Origin: Oikopleura dioica
Lineage: Eukaryota > Animalia > Chordata
DNA length: 64,000 nt
NCBI GenBank assembly: GCA_907165135.1
Contig: OU015567.1
Span: 7,874,001 to 7,938,000, forward strand
Direction of reading: 5' to 3'
The position numbers and the translations under genes are program-made. The notes under the pieces are model-generated. The model did no database searches, was not told the DNA's origin, and saw nothing but the letters and a program-made list of their open reading frames with translations. Positions 36,608 through 46,946 of the stretch are shown here, piece after piece; within the stretch, counting starts at the first letter, position 1; each line of letters begins with the position of its first letter.

Positions 36608-39582
36608 ATGAGTCAGTCATCCAAAAAGAAAAAGGGTTCTGCTCCTAAGCCTTCTATTCCTACGCCTTGCAGCGATATGAATTGGTCTGATGTGGAGGAG
36701 CAATCACCTGAGCCATATCCTCAATCTGTCAGCTTTCAAAATCAATTCAATATGGTTTAACTTTCCGTTTTGCGTTAGTTTACGTTTTTTAGAAATCTGA
36801 TTACGCTCGACAGGCAAAAGTGAAGAACTACTTGGACAAACTTGAAGGAAAGATTCAACTTGATTTCTTTTGCCTTATATAAAGAAATCATTTGAATCTT
36901 TTTAGAATCGGCTATGGCGACAAATCCGCGCAAGAAAACAAAGCAGGTCAGCGAAATCGATACTCGCTCTGAGGACGAAAAAGCTGCTAACCGCGCGTTG
37001 GCACGAAAAGCCGCTAGAAAGTTTGCCAGCAACCGCGACAGTCCAGCCGGCCCTGCTACCTTTTCATCTGTGGATACGACTGAACGCGGTCAACCCAATG
37101 CTTACGATCCGAACGAGTGTAGTTCTTCTGATAGCGACGTCACTTTCGTTTGTGAAAAACCTGCAATGACGGCTCCTTCTTCTTCACAGACACAAGTTGT
37201 TCGACGGAAGGTTGTTCCAACAAAACAACCGGCTTATCCCGCGCGAAATAAAAAACGCAAAAAAATTTCAAGCGACGAATCTGATGAGCCTTGTACTGAG
37301 CCAGCAGCGGACAAACGAAAACCGAAGAAAAAAGACGGTCTTTGCAAAAAGAATGGAGAAGATGTTGGTAGACGATCACGCTCGCCCAAAAGTAAGCCTA
37401 TTCCCCGCTACCGTCGTTTGCAGAATGTTCCTCTTGGTACCCTTTCCCAAATGGACTGGATGGATCGTAAAGATCCTAATACTCCAAAGGGTGACAGCGT
37501 TGCACCACCAAACGAGCCGATTGTCAAGCCTATTTTGGCGCAGAGCGAGTCAAATCTTCCTCGAGAGATTTCTATGAACAATGCGATTTTCGAGCTAAGT
37601 GGTGCACCTGTAGATGTTGTTGAAGGCGACGCCCCTGATATTCCACTTAATCTAGCGCGAAAATCTGATACCGACAGGGTCCAAGAGCAGTTGGCTTCCA
37701 TTCGACTCGCGTCAAAAGCCGGCAGAAACCGTCGACACAGCGAGAAGAGTAAAAATAAGTTTGGAATTAAAAAGCACCAATCCGTCTTGTCCATGGTTCC
37801 TGAAGAGACCGAAGAAGAGCGATACCCTGAAGATCACGAGGACACAGTCACTGAAAGCGAAGATAGCAATGATGAGCTTCGAATGAAAATAAAGGGGTTG
37901 GAACAAGAAAAACCTATGTGGTATCTGAATCGTTTCCAGCTGCGTCGGTTTTTTTCGGCAGCTTTTGATTCGAAGAATGGTATTCGGCCTAGCTTACGCT
38001 GCACAAGAATTGCTAATTTTCTGCAGCGGGTTGATAGAAAACTCTCAAACGCTGAACACGCAACTGCCGAACAAGACGATTCTCCGACTTATCGCGTGTT
38101 CTTTGAAAATACCCCTAAATACACGTCTTTCGACCCATTCTATACGGAACCTGGCGCTTACACAGGTGTTTATGCTGAATGGGACAAATTGGGCGCCTTC
38201 AAACCGTACTTTGCAGTGGATGGATTTGGACATTTTTACATTCGCATGCTGAAAATCTGGGTAAGTTTACTGTGATGGATCTCGAAACCATATTAAATTC
38301 TAGGTTCACTATCCAAGCGGTGTCGAGGGTGTTGAAGGTGCATGGAAACTAGTCGACTTCGCAGACCGCTCCTTGGGTCACCCTGCAAAAGTTCTGGCTG
38401 CAGTTAACAAAATGTCCATTTGCGCGTATCCTTGGCCAACGAAAATACGCGTTCGTTCTGTTGAGGGAAGCCGACAGCTGACAATTGTGGATCCAAATGG
38501 ACCTTTTAAGGCTTCAATTTTACTGATCAACGGCTTTATTCCACTTGTTTACGATCCACCTTACAAGGAACAGGCCGATCTGCTGTTCAACAATCCTGAG
38601 GTAATTTAACGGTCAGTTTCATTTACAGAAAATCTTTAGGTTTTGGACGTGCTGTGCGATTCTGATATGATTAACGAAAGACCGAATCGCGCGCAAGTCG
38701 ACGCCGTTAATACACGACTGGAGAACTTCGTTTGGCGGTGTATTCCAAATGTCTTCAGAGCCGATCTCTTTGGAGCAACTGATGATACCAACGTTTCCTC
38801 GTCTGAGCACAAGACGGTCGATGAGCGCTTTCAAGCTCTTCAAAAACAATTTGACAGTTTGTTTGGCCCACGAGATCGCCCAGAAAATAACGATCCTTTT
38901 AACACGAAGAAAAGACCTATTGACATCGCTGTTGACCAAATTTTTGAGGCTCTTCCGCCTATTTTCAAGCGATATGATGACTTTTGGCCTTCAAAATTGC
39001 TCATTGAAGCGATTCTTTACGCCAACAGCTCTAAGTGCTTCACCGAATCGACTGACATGATGGCTATGGTAAGATTTATTGTTGCAAGTGTCATTATTAT
39101 TCTTTTATGTAGATGGGTGTCTCTCGCGGAATACCAGCAAAAATTATTGCTTGGCAGATTTGGGCTCAATATCAACCAGAAGAACTCAACAAAAAGACTG
39201 TCAAAAAGGAGCTGAAGCAAGTTCAGAAGAAGCTTGAAAAAGGCCTCAAGAAGAAAAATCTAGGTGTTCCAACTCCTAGCGTCATGAATTCAGTTATCCA
39301 CAATAAATCGGCGACATCGGAGAAAGGTTATTTACTGTTTAATTTGTATATCAATTTCTTTTAGTCGTCGAATCCGCGCGACCGAACAAACGGAGTCAAA
39401 GTTCTGCTGACACAGTCGAGCCAGAGATTCCTGATCCTCTCTTAGTGGGTGGTACTCGACGTGGAGTTAATCGCGATGAAAACCGTTTCGGCTTCTTTAA
39501 AACCCGTCCCAAATCATCGACTACTGCTCCTAACCCCCCATCTCTCATCTCATCTTCGAATTCTGATGATTCTTCTGAATAA
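36608..39582 (+). CDS. Accessory ORFan V5 (about 850 aa, about 7 exons; disordered N-half, globular-looking C-half)
   Basis: MSQSSKKKK...; obligatory GA-AG intron 36848-36905 (KLE|ESAMATNP); exons link track ORFs 36914, 38373, 38643 and 39113; ends SNSDDSSE*. Confidence 0.7.
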
Positions 39583-39623
39583 CCAGATTGTAGATTCTTT
39601 TTTGTATCTAATTTATTTTAGAC

Positions 39624-40232
39624 ATGGTATCATTAACTCACTCGCTGCTTTTGTTTTTGTTTATACCATTATGTCGGTCGATGTTTCCGTTCGACTGCCC
39701 AGATTTTATGCATGCGCCAAGCAATCATGAACAGTGGTGTATGTTTCGTATCGGCGTCGATCATTGTTATGATGACGAACTGACAAGTACTAGCACCCGG
39801 CCAGCGCGGAAAACAACAACTACTCCCGAGGCGACTACGCAGTCAATAACAACTGCTGCAACTACGACGGCTGCAGCAACTACTTCAAAGACTTCAAGTT
39901 CATCTTCTTCGTCTCTGATGAGTACAACCGTTGAAGTAAAGACTACGACGGAAGAAGAAGTAAAGACTACGACGGAAGAAGAAGTAATGACGACGACGGA
40001 AGAAGTAGTAAAGACGACGACTCAGGAAGCTAAATCAAACAATACAGAAACTACAATCGTTTTTACGACTCCCTCTTCGACTACAAGTTCCACGAATACC
40101 ACAAAAGCTTCTCCGATTGAAGAGACAACTTCCACGAGTCCGATTGATAATGTGCCTGAGTCATCGAATTCCTCAACTGAAACTCTCCCACCAGATTTTT
40201 CTCCGCTGAAAAAAAATTTGTTGTTCAGGTGA
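39624..40232 (+). CDS. Accessory V6: secreted mucin-like protein (signal peptide, 3-Cys head, Thr/Glu-rich stalk)
   Basis: MVSLTHSLLLFLFIPLCRS signal-like segment; DCPDF...WCMFRIGVDHCY; (VKTTTEEE)x4 24-bp tandem repeat; TTTTAG 2 nt before the ATG. Confidence 0.7.
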   Translation: MVSLTHSLLLFLFIPLCRSMFPFDCPDFMHAPSNHEQWCMFRIGVDHCYDDELTSTSTRPARKTTTTPEATTQSITTAATTTAAATTSKTSSSSSSSLMSTTVEVKTTTEEEVKTTTEEEVMTTTEEVVKTTTQEAKSNNTETTIVFTTPSSTTSSTNTTKASPIEETTSTSPIDNVPESSNSSTETLPPDFSPLKKNLLFR

Positions 40233-40243
40233 GCTTCGAAGTT

Positions 40244-40400
40244 ATGGTAGCCTTGGGAACGTGGTGGCAAAATGACCCATGGTATCAAATGTTGCTAGGT
40301 GGCTTGAAACCCTATGGTGGTATCTGAGACATTTCATCTACCACCATGCAATTTTACCCTACCATGGTAGATTTTGCCACCACGTTCCGAAAGGCACCAT
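40244..40400. mobile_element. Decayed palindromic MITE-like element (about 157 bp)
   Basis: GGAACGTGGTGGCAAAAT (left) and ATTTTGCCACCACGTTCC (right) are an exact inverted pair within longer imperfect arms. Confidence 0.6.
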
Positions 40401-40688
40401 GCGATTCCAAAAAAAAATCCAAGCGGAAAAAAAGCTCGAAAATTCCGCAAAGTGAAAAATTTGAAATGATAAATTTGCGTTTTTCACGGGTCCTTATATA
40501 CAAATCCATTTCCGCAAAATGTAGGTTAAATAAATAGATGAGTAATATAATTCGCGGAGCATTTCCTGTATTATTTGAAAATCAAAACAAATGTTTTACA
40601 TTTCCAGGAATCGTTTCCTGTATTCTAGCTAAAACAAACAAAAAGAACACGGAATGAACGAGAGTAACCTCATTATGAAAACACTTTT

Positions 40689-40714
40689 TGACCTACTGAC
40701 CTATTGACCTATAT
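40689..40714. promoter_or_regulatory. Triple TGACCT direct repeat with 2-nt spacing (nuclear-receptor DR2-like), about 200 bp upstream of V7
   Basis: TGACCT-AC-TGACCT-AT-TGACCT-ATAT; reverse strand ATAT-AGGTCA-AT-AGGTCA-GT-AGGTCA. Function is inferred only. Confidence 0.3.
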
Positions 40715-40915
40715 TTAAATCAGCGTTATTTTAGCGCGCTCACTTTCGCTTTACGATTCACGGTGTTTACGGCGTTCGTTTGCGTGATTCGGCAGTGGTA
40801 TTTGGTGTTCTCTAATCGCGACCTAGCCGATGCAAGCTTTACCGCTCGATTCAAGGCCGCGACCAGTTTTGTTCTTCGGGAATTACTCTGTCTGCGTTTG
40901 TTTGAAAAACGGAAA

Positions 40916-42060
40916 ATGGTCTACAACGTTAGCTACTCTCGTGGTGTGATCCCTGGAGCTTGCGCTTCGACAACTAGGCCTGGCGAAAATTTTACTTCCA
41001 CGCAACCGCCTGGATATATACCTGGCAGAAGAACTATTCAACAACCTCCTGCGGTCAATTCATCTAGAGCTGACTCAGTCGTTTATTATGATGAAACTGT
41101 ATCCTTGGAAGAGGCCCGCCGTAGAACTTACGAGTCTAGCCTCAATTTCGGAATCGAAAAAGAGCGCGTTGATCAAATTTTCCGCAAGGCTCCAGTCCAA
41201 GATGATCACATCTCCCATCCGTGTCCAGCTGGTCAGCAGAAAACAGCTTCTGAAGAAATTGTTGTAATCCCTCAAGATCACGATCAGGAAAACGATGACA
41301 ATGAAGATGAGGGAACAGAACCGATTGCAAGTGACGTATTTTTACCAAAGCCAAAATGTAAGTTAATTCAAATTAATTGTAATTAAATTCTTTTTAAGCG
41401 AAAGATGAAAATGTCGACAAGTCGAAATTTGCGCGCGTCAAAGACTTTATGGCAAGATCGATTTCTCCATTCAACAAGAAAAAGAATAGAAAAAAGAAGG
41501 CGATTTCTAAAAGTAATGACGCTTTTAAACTCAGCATTGGATCTTCTGACGACGAACAGACAGAAGATGAAGAAAAATTTTCCGGTAGCATTGTTAGTCA
41601 AACACCCGCTACCCCAGAAAAAGAAAATCTTCCTAATTTGGTTGATGAAGACATGCCATCGGGAGAAGTGAACAACAACAGCGAGAGTAAAGAAGAGTTC
41701 TCCGAACGAGAGGTTGATCTTAAACTCGATAAATCAACCTTCTCACGCTTCCATAAAACTCGTCGAACACAGCGTAATATCTGCTCTCCTCGACTTGCTC
41801 ATCGTCCCCTTCACGAGTCTCCGCTTATTCAGTCATTTTCGCGAACAGACAATGTGCGAAATGAATCCTGTATCAAAACGGAAGCAAAGCCACACGATGA
41901 TGAGAAGAAAGGTGATGACGCCGAGAAGCTGAAGAACTCCTGCGGATTCAAGAACAACAAAGACCTCGCGACTCCAAAGGTAAATATCCGGTCTGGTATT
42001 TTGATCCCGAAAATATTTAATCTCCCTTTGAAATCAGTTTCCCTTTTTCTGGGTGTCTAA
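40916..42060 (+). CDS. Accessory ORFan V7 (about 370 aa, at least 2 exons; acidic/basic low complexity)
   Basis: MVYNVSYSRG...PKPK|SKDENVDKSKF... via a GT-AG intron; 3' end uncertain. Confidence 0.6.
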
Positions 42061-42499
42061 ATATTATCTCGGGAATTTATGAGACGATTGGGAACGGAAA
42101 AAAATCACTGAACCTTGCCACAATATCCGTAGTTTTAGTAACGACCCATCATTCCAAAGCCAAAGTTACGAAAAAATAGTGAGTGCGAAAACTTGCAATT
42201 TGTTGATTTCAATCTTTTTAAAGCGGATTCGCTGATAAAATCATTTATGGGAATTTGAGAAGGTTGTAAAGCACTGCGGTCATGTCTTTATATTACTCTG
42301 AAGTACCCTGCAATACACAGATCTCCCGCGCTCGCGCGCAAAGATCAAAACAACATCTGCTTTTCCTTCTAGCGCCATCATTCCGCTCTTTAACGCTATC
42401 CTACCAAAGTACCAAATATAACCAAGACTTTTTTCTGAGCCAAACTACAAAACAAATCTACTTTCATCCTTTTACAAGCTTTTCAACTTTTACGCAAGT

Positions 42500-42844
42500 A
42501 TGATCATCAACGTCCAGCAAATCAAGCCAGAGTCAACTAACAAAAAGACAATGCGCCGTCTCCGCAAGTTTCTGCGAAAAACTTTCTTGGTCAAAACTTT
42601 GCGATACCCTATTGGGGAAATCGAACGAGGCCTCAACGTCGATTCTGATATTGACCAACGACCTGGTGCTATTGATTCTGCTGCTGTTCGTTATCTTACC
42701 CGCGTCAGAAACCCATATGCTCCTGAAGATGAACCCGACTCGCTGATGACTCGCATGAGCGAGGAAGAGTTGAGATACGCCACTATAAGACGCTCTTATT
42801 CTTTCCGATACAAGTACTCCAACAACTATATTTTCCCTTTGTAA
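42500..42844 (+). CDS. Accessory ORFan V8 (114 aa)
   Basis: Open ORF with protein-like composition; no family recognised. Confidence 0.4.
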   Translation: MIINVQQIKPESTNKKTMRRLRKFLRKTFLVKTLRYPIGEIERGLNVDSDIDQRPGAIDSAAVRYLTRVRNPYAPEDEPDSLMTRMSEEELRYATIRRSYSFRYKYSNNYIFPL

Positions 42845-43339
42845 TTTCTATTATCACCAAATTCAAATATTGCTATGTATCTCAACCAACCGTATTTCCA
42901 AACAGATTTAATTCTTGTGAACTATTTTCTTCCAGATTGATTCTAATTATTTTCCCATGCCCTAAACCTATTATTTTAACCCAAATAAAATTTCAAAAGC
43001 AAACTTCACACTACTCAGCGGGTAATTTCCTGCAGCGCCCCCCTTTTTTTCCTCATATAGTGGTCTGAGTTTCGTTCAGAATTATCTCAAAAATGTAATT
43101 GATAAAAGAAAAAACCCAGTACCAGCTTGTGAGAATGATCGTAAAATGAACCAAATATGTCGAAGAAGACCTCGAGAAAAATCAGAATATGTTCCTTTAT
43201 GTTATCATTACTCTCCTAAAATGTCGCGTTAACAATTTCTTAACAGTATGTGCAATCAGTCTCTTATGTTTAATTATTAAAAATTATAAAATGGCTCAAA
43301 AAGCTAAAAAGTTAGAGAGTTAAAAGAGGGTTTATATTT

Positions 43340-43980
43340 ATATGATAAAATGTAGCTAAATGTTTAGAGAAACGGTATATTATCCATCGGATTTAAATTA
43401 ATAAAATGTAGCTAAATGCATTTTTATCACGAAGTTTCAGAATTTCATAATATTACTAAATGAGGCAAAATGTAAAGACGACCCAATATTACTTCATCCG
43501 ATATATAACTGTACTATAAATGAAAACTAAATGAAAATGATATTCTAGTCGCGTTCCACCTTTATTTATACTGTCTTATAAAATGCAATATGCAAAAACT
43601 TGGTAAAATATAAAGTACATTTCTCAAATATTTTATTCTTATTAAACATAAAATGAAGCTTAATATCTCAGAGATTTGATGACAGTTGTCTTGCCTTCTA
43701 TAATATAAAATGAGTCGGTTTGAATTATGATACCTATTCCCCTGCATCTTGTGCAAATGATATGCCTAAAGCTTCTCATCCAACAGTAATGATATTTTCC
43801 TCTATCTGTTTCTATTCGTTAATAAATTCAAATATAAAATGATTCTATTGGTAATTTCAAAGCTAAACCACTGCATCGTATAAAATGATATACCTTTAAC
43901 TATTTATTCTCATATAAAATGATTCGATTGGCAAATGAAACCCTATTCCATGGCACCTGATATTCTTGTAGAATGATATA
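43340..43980 (+). repeat. Array of about 10-13 (T/C)ATAAAATG(A) motifs spaced about 35-80 bp apart in AT-rich non-coding DNA
   Basis: Copies near 43344, 43400, 43578, 43647, 43704, 43833, 43879, 43913; an inverse cluster (CATTTTAT x4) lies at 28908-29069. Confidence 0.55.
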
Positions 43981-44275
43981 CTTATACCTCATCCTCATTT
44001 TGATTCAAGCTCAAACTACAATACATAAAGAATTTATCTATCTTTGTTTTGATCTTTGAAAGCCTGATTCTGAAACCAATGCAGGGTATACTAAACACCA
44101 ATGTTCAAAACAACACTTTTCTAGCGGTTCTAAATTGCGTTCTACTATTGCAATAACACATAAAATCCTGCTTGATCTTAAACGATTAAAAAGACCATTT
44201 AGAAAACACAATCTAGATAAAATTTCAAATTTATTTCATTTTTGATCACGCAAAAAGAAACAAAGTAACGACTCT

Positions 44276-44949
44276 TTATTCTTTTGCAGCTTTTCGTTTC
44301 TGGAGTCGGTAGAAATCTTCCACTTTCGCGGCGAGCCAGGGATCCATTTCTCGGGGTACAGCAAACTCGTCCTCATCGCTACTAATTTCCTCGCCAGATG
44401 TGTGCTTGGCCGGTCGGAATTCGTGCATCAGAGCTTCCACAATTGCTGGAGGTTTTGATTTTGCAGCTCGAGCGAGATCGCAAACAATATAAAAGCCGTC
44501 GTCCAACAGGTCGTCGATAAAAATCTGCTTTTTCTTGCAAATCGGATTCGAGCAGGTTCGTGACTTAAGACAGCTTAAAAGGTCATAACTCGCCTGGCTG
44601 GGACGGTCAGCATTTATCTCGATTGCTCGGTAGTTGATCGAATCGACTGCTTTCAAGAGCTCCGCGTTTGTCCGCTTGATAAACACAATTTCAGTTTTCT
44701 TATCAGCGGTAGTGTTACTTGCACTTGATCCCGGTGTTGTAGGTGGCGAGGTTTTTTCTGGAATTCGCTTGGAACATTTTCTCGTATTTTGACTCTTATT
44801 TAGTTCAGATAAATTCAAGTGTGGAATGATAGCACACTCGGGAGCGGGTTTTGAAAACTCACGAGCGACTCTTGTAATAACACTTCTTTTAGACCGACGA
44901 TTTGACTGTCAGCGAACATGCAGCGATGCTTGGCGGTGGTGGAATTCAT
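44276..44949 (-). CDS. Accessory ORFan V9 (2 exons)
   Basis: MNSTTAKHRC...QESL|SQNTRKC... via a GTGAGT...TAAG phase-0 intron; C-x4-C (CSNPIC); ends KRKAAKE*. Confidence 0.55.
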
Positions 44950-45045
44950 GGTCACGTTTCCATTGCGGTTGGTGTTACTGCTAGAATTCGCAGTAAACTC
45001 GGAGATTTCGCGGATGTACACTCGCCAGGTCTACAAGCCAAATTA

Positions 45046-46573
45046 ATGGAGACTGTGATTCAGCATGAGGCAAATAAAAAGAAAGAAATCAAGCAAGAAA
45101 ATACGGAAAACTGCGAGGAATTCGAAGGTGAACCCTTTTCACCAATATCCGATAAGCTTGAAAAGATGCGGCCATATAATGAGATTGCTCAAGATTCGTC
45201 TATGAGTAAGATCAAGGTCAAGGCCACATCGCCCAATTACAAGGTCAATGAGCAAGAATCAAAACAAGCTCCTGCGCCTACAGACGATGCATCGGAACTT
45301 GCGCCTACCTCAACCTCACAACACGATTCATCAGAATCAAAGAAAGAGGTAAAGAGAAATAAGAGTGTTTTATGAATAGAATATTTTCTAAGATTCGATC
45401 TTTACTTGCTGCAGTGCCAAAACAAAAACAAATGCTTGAAGAGAAAGCTCAAAATCCAGTTTTCTTCCCTCCACTACCAAGACCACCGACTCCACAAGAA
45501 ACTATTTCTTCTCCCGCTACTGGAGGAATTAATTATCCAGTGAGATTTCCAATTATCCCGTTGCGCTCGAATGGTCCTAAAAAACCGCCTATTTATGAAA
45601 TGCCTATTATAACTGACTTGTAAGTTTTAGTTTGCTTATCGTGAGCTTACTGTTCTTAAAGGGTTCGTGAACGTCGAGAAAGAAAACAGCAAGAAAAAGA
45701 GGACGAACGACGGCGATATCAGGAAGAAATTAATAATGGGCATCGGACTTTTGGTAAAGGGGGTTCGAATCTCACTCCCCCTGACCCATTTGACAGAAAA
45801 GAAGCCGCCTATTTTTCATTTGGAAGCTCGAAAACTGAGGAAGACAACGATGAAGATGAAAGCACTCAGATGGGTTTTGGTAAAAATGTTATCATTGATG
45901 AAATCGCGTTGGCTGAAAGAGTGAAAGAAGGCTCGCCTTCTCAAAAAGAAATTTTGGAATCAAAGAAAGCGTTTACGACTATGCCCGTCCCTGATTCGGT
46001 CATCAAGAAGGAAGCTAATGATCCGGGTGAGCCTGCTTCTTCGCCCGCATTATCATCATCATCGTCAACCTCGTGGTTTTCATCGTCTCCTTCTTCTTGG
46101 AATTCTTCAAGAACTCTTACCAAGTCGACAAGTCAGAGTAGCGGTGGAACGTCATCTTATGACGACGATGAAGAAGATTTCGACGTTAACGATAATTTTG
46201 AAACAGATCAACCGCAGAAAACGACTCAGGTTTTGTTACTCCATGAAATAAAGAAAAAGCGAATGGAAGAGCTTGCAACAATCGTTGAAGATAGCGATGA
46301 CTCTGAAACACAAGCAACTAGTTCCTCGCCGCTGGCTACAAACATTGAATCAGCCGATTTCCAAGCGGTAAATAAAAATTCAGTAGATAACAAATTATCC
46401 CATTTTAGGTAGAAGAAACTATGGAAGTCGTAATGAATGAAGAAGAGTTGAAGAAAGATGAAGTACCGAAAAATGATGAAGAGCCTGCAAAAAATGAAGA
46501 CATTTTTGTTCCTCGAAGATCAAAACGTCAAAGAACACAGACTGATTTTTATGGATATGGCAAGAAAAAGTAA
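45046..46573 (+). CDS. Accessory ORFan V10 (multi-exon, S/E/K-rich)
   Basis: Links track ORFs 44902, 45372 and 45870 and a last exon VEETMEV...PRRSKRQRTQTDFYGYGKKK*; one junction (about 45760-45796) is unresolved. Confidence 0.55.
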
Positions 46574-46946
46574 ATCATATCTTCACTGTTAGGGACTAGA
46601 TCACTTATCATTATATTCTTAAAATGTTCGCTGTCTGCCACGGCGGCGGCGTAACTTTCGATCCTTTTTCCTATCTGTGTTAGAATACCGGCAAGTCGCA
46701 TTCCTTCCGCTATCGCACCTTCACCAATTCTCAAAATACATCCGCGCACTGGCGGTCACTTCTTTTCATCTTTGAAATACTGAAAACAGAATCTACCCTG
46801 TATCGTTTGATGCTCATTGAGGGTGTCGCTGTTAAAACTTTAGGATTATACTTGGGAAGTGAGGATTTTCACTGCCAAATTGTTTTTACGTTTGGCATAG
46901 AAATAAACCAAGAGGAGATTAATTAAATGTTTACTTTTTCTCATTA

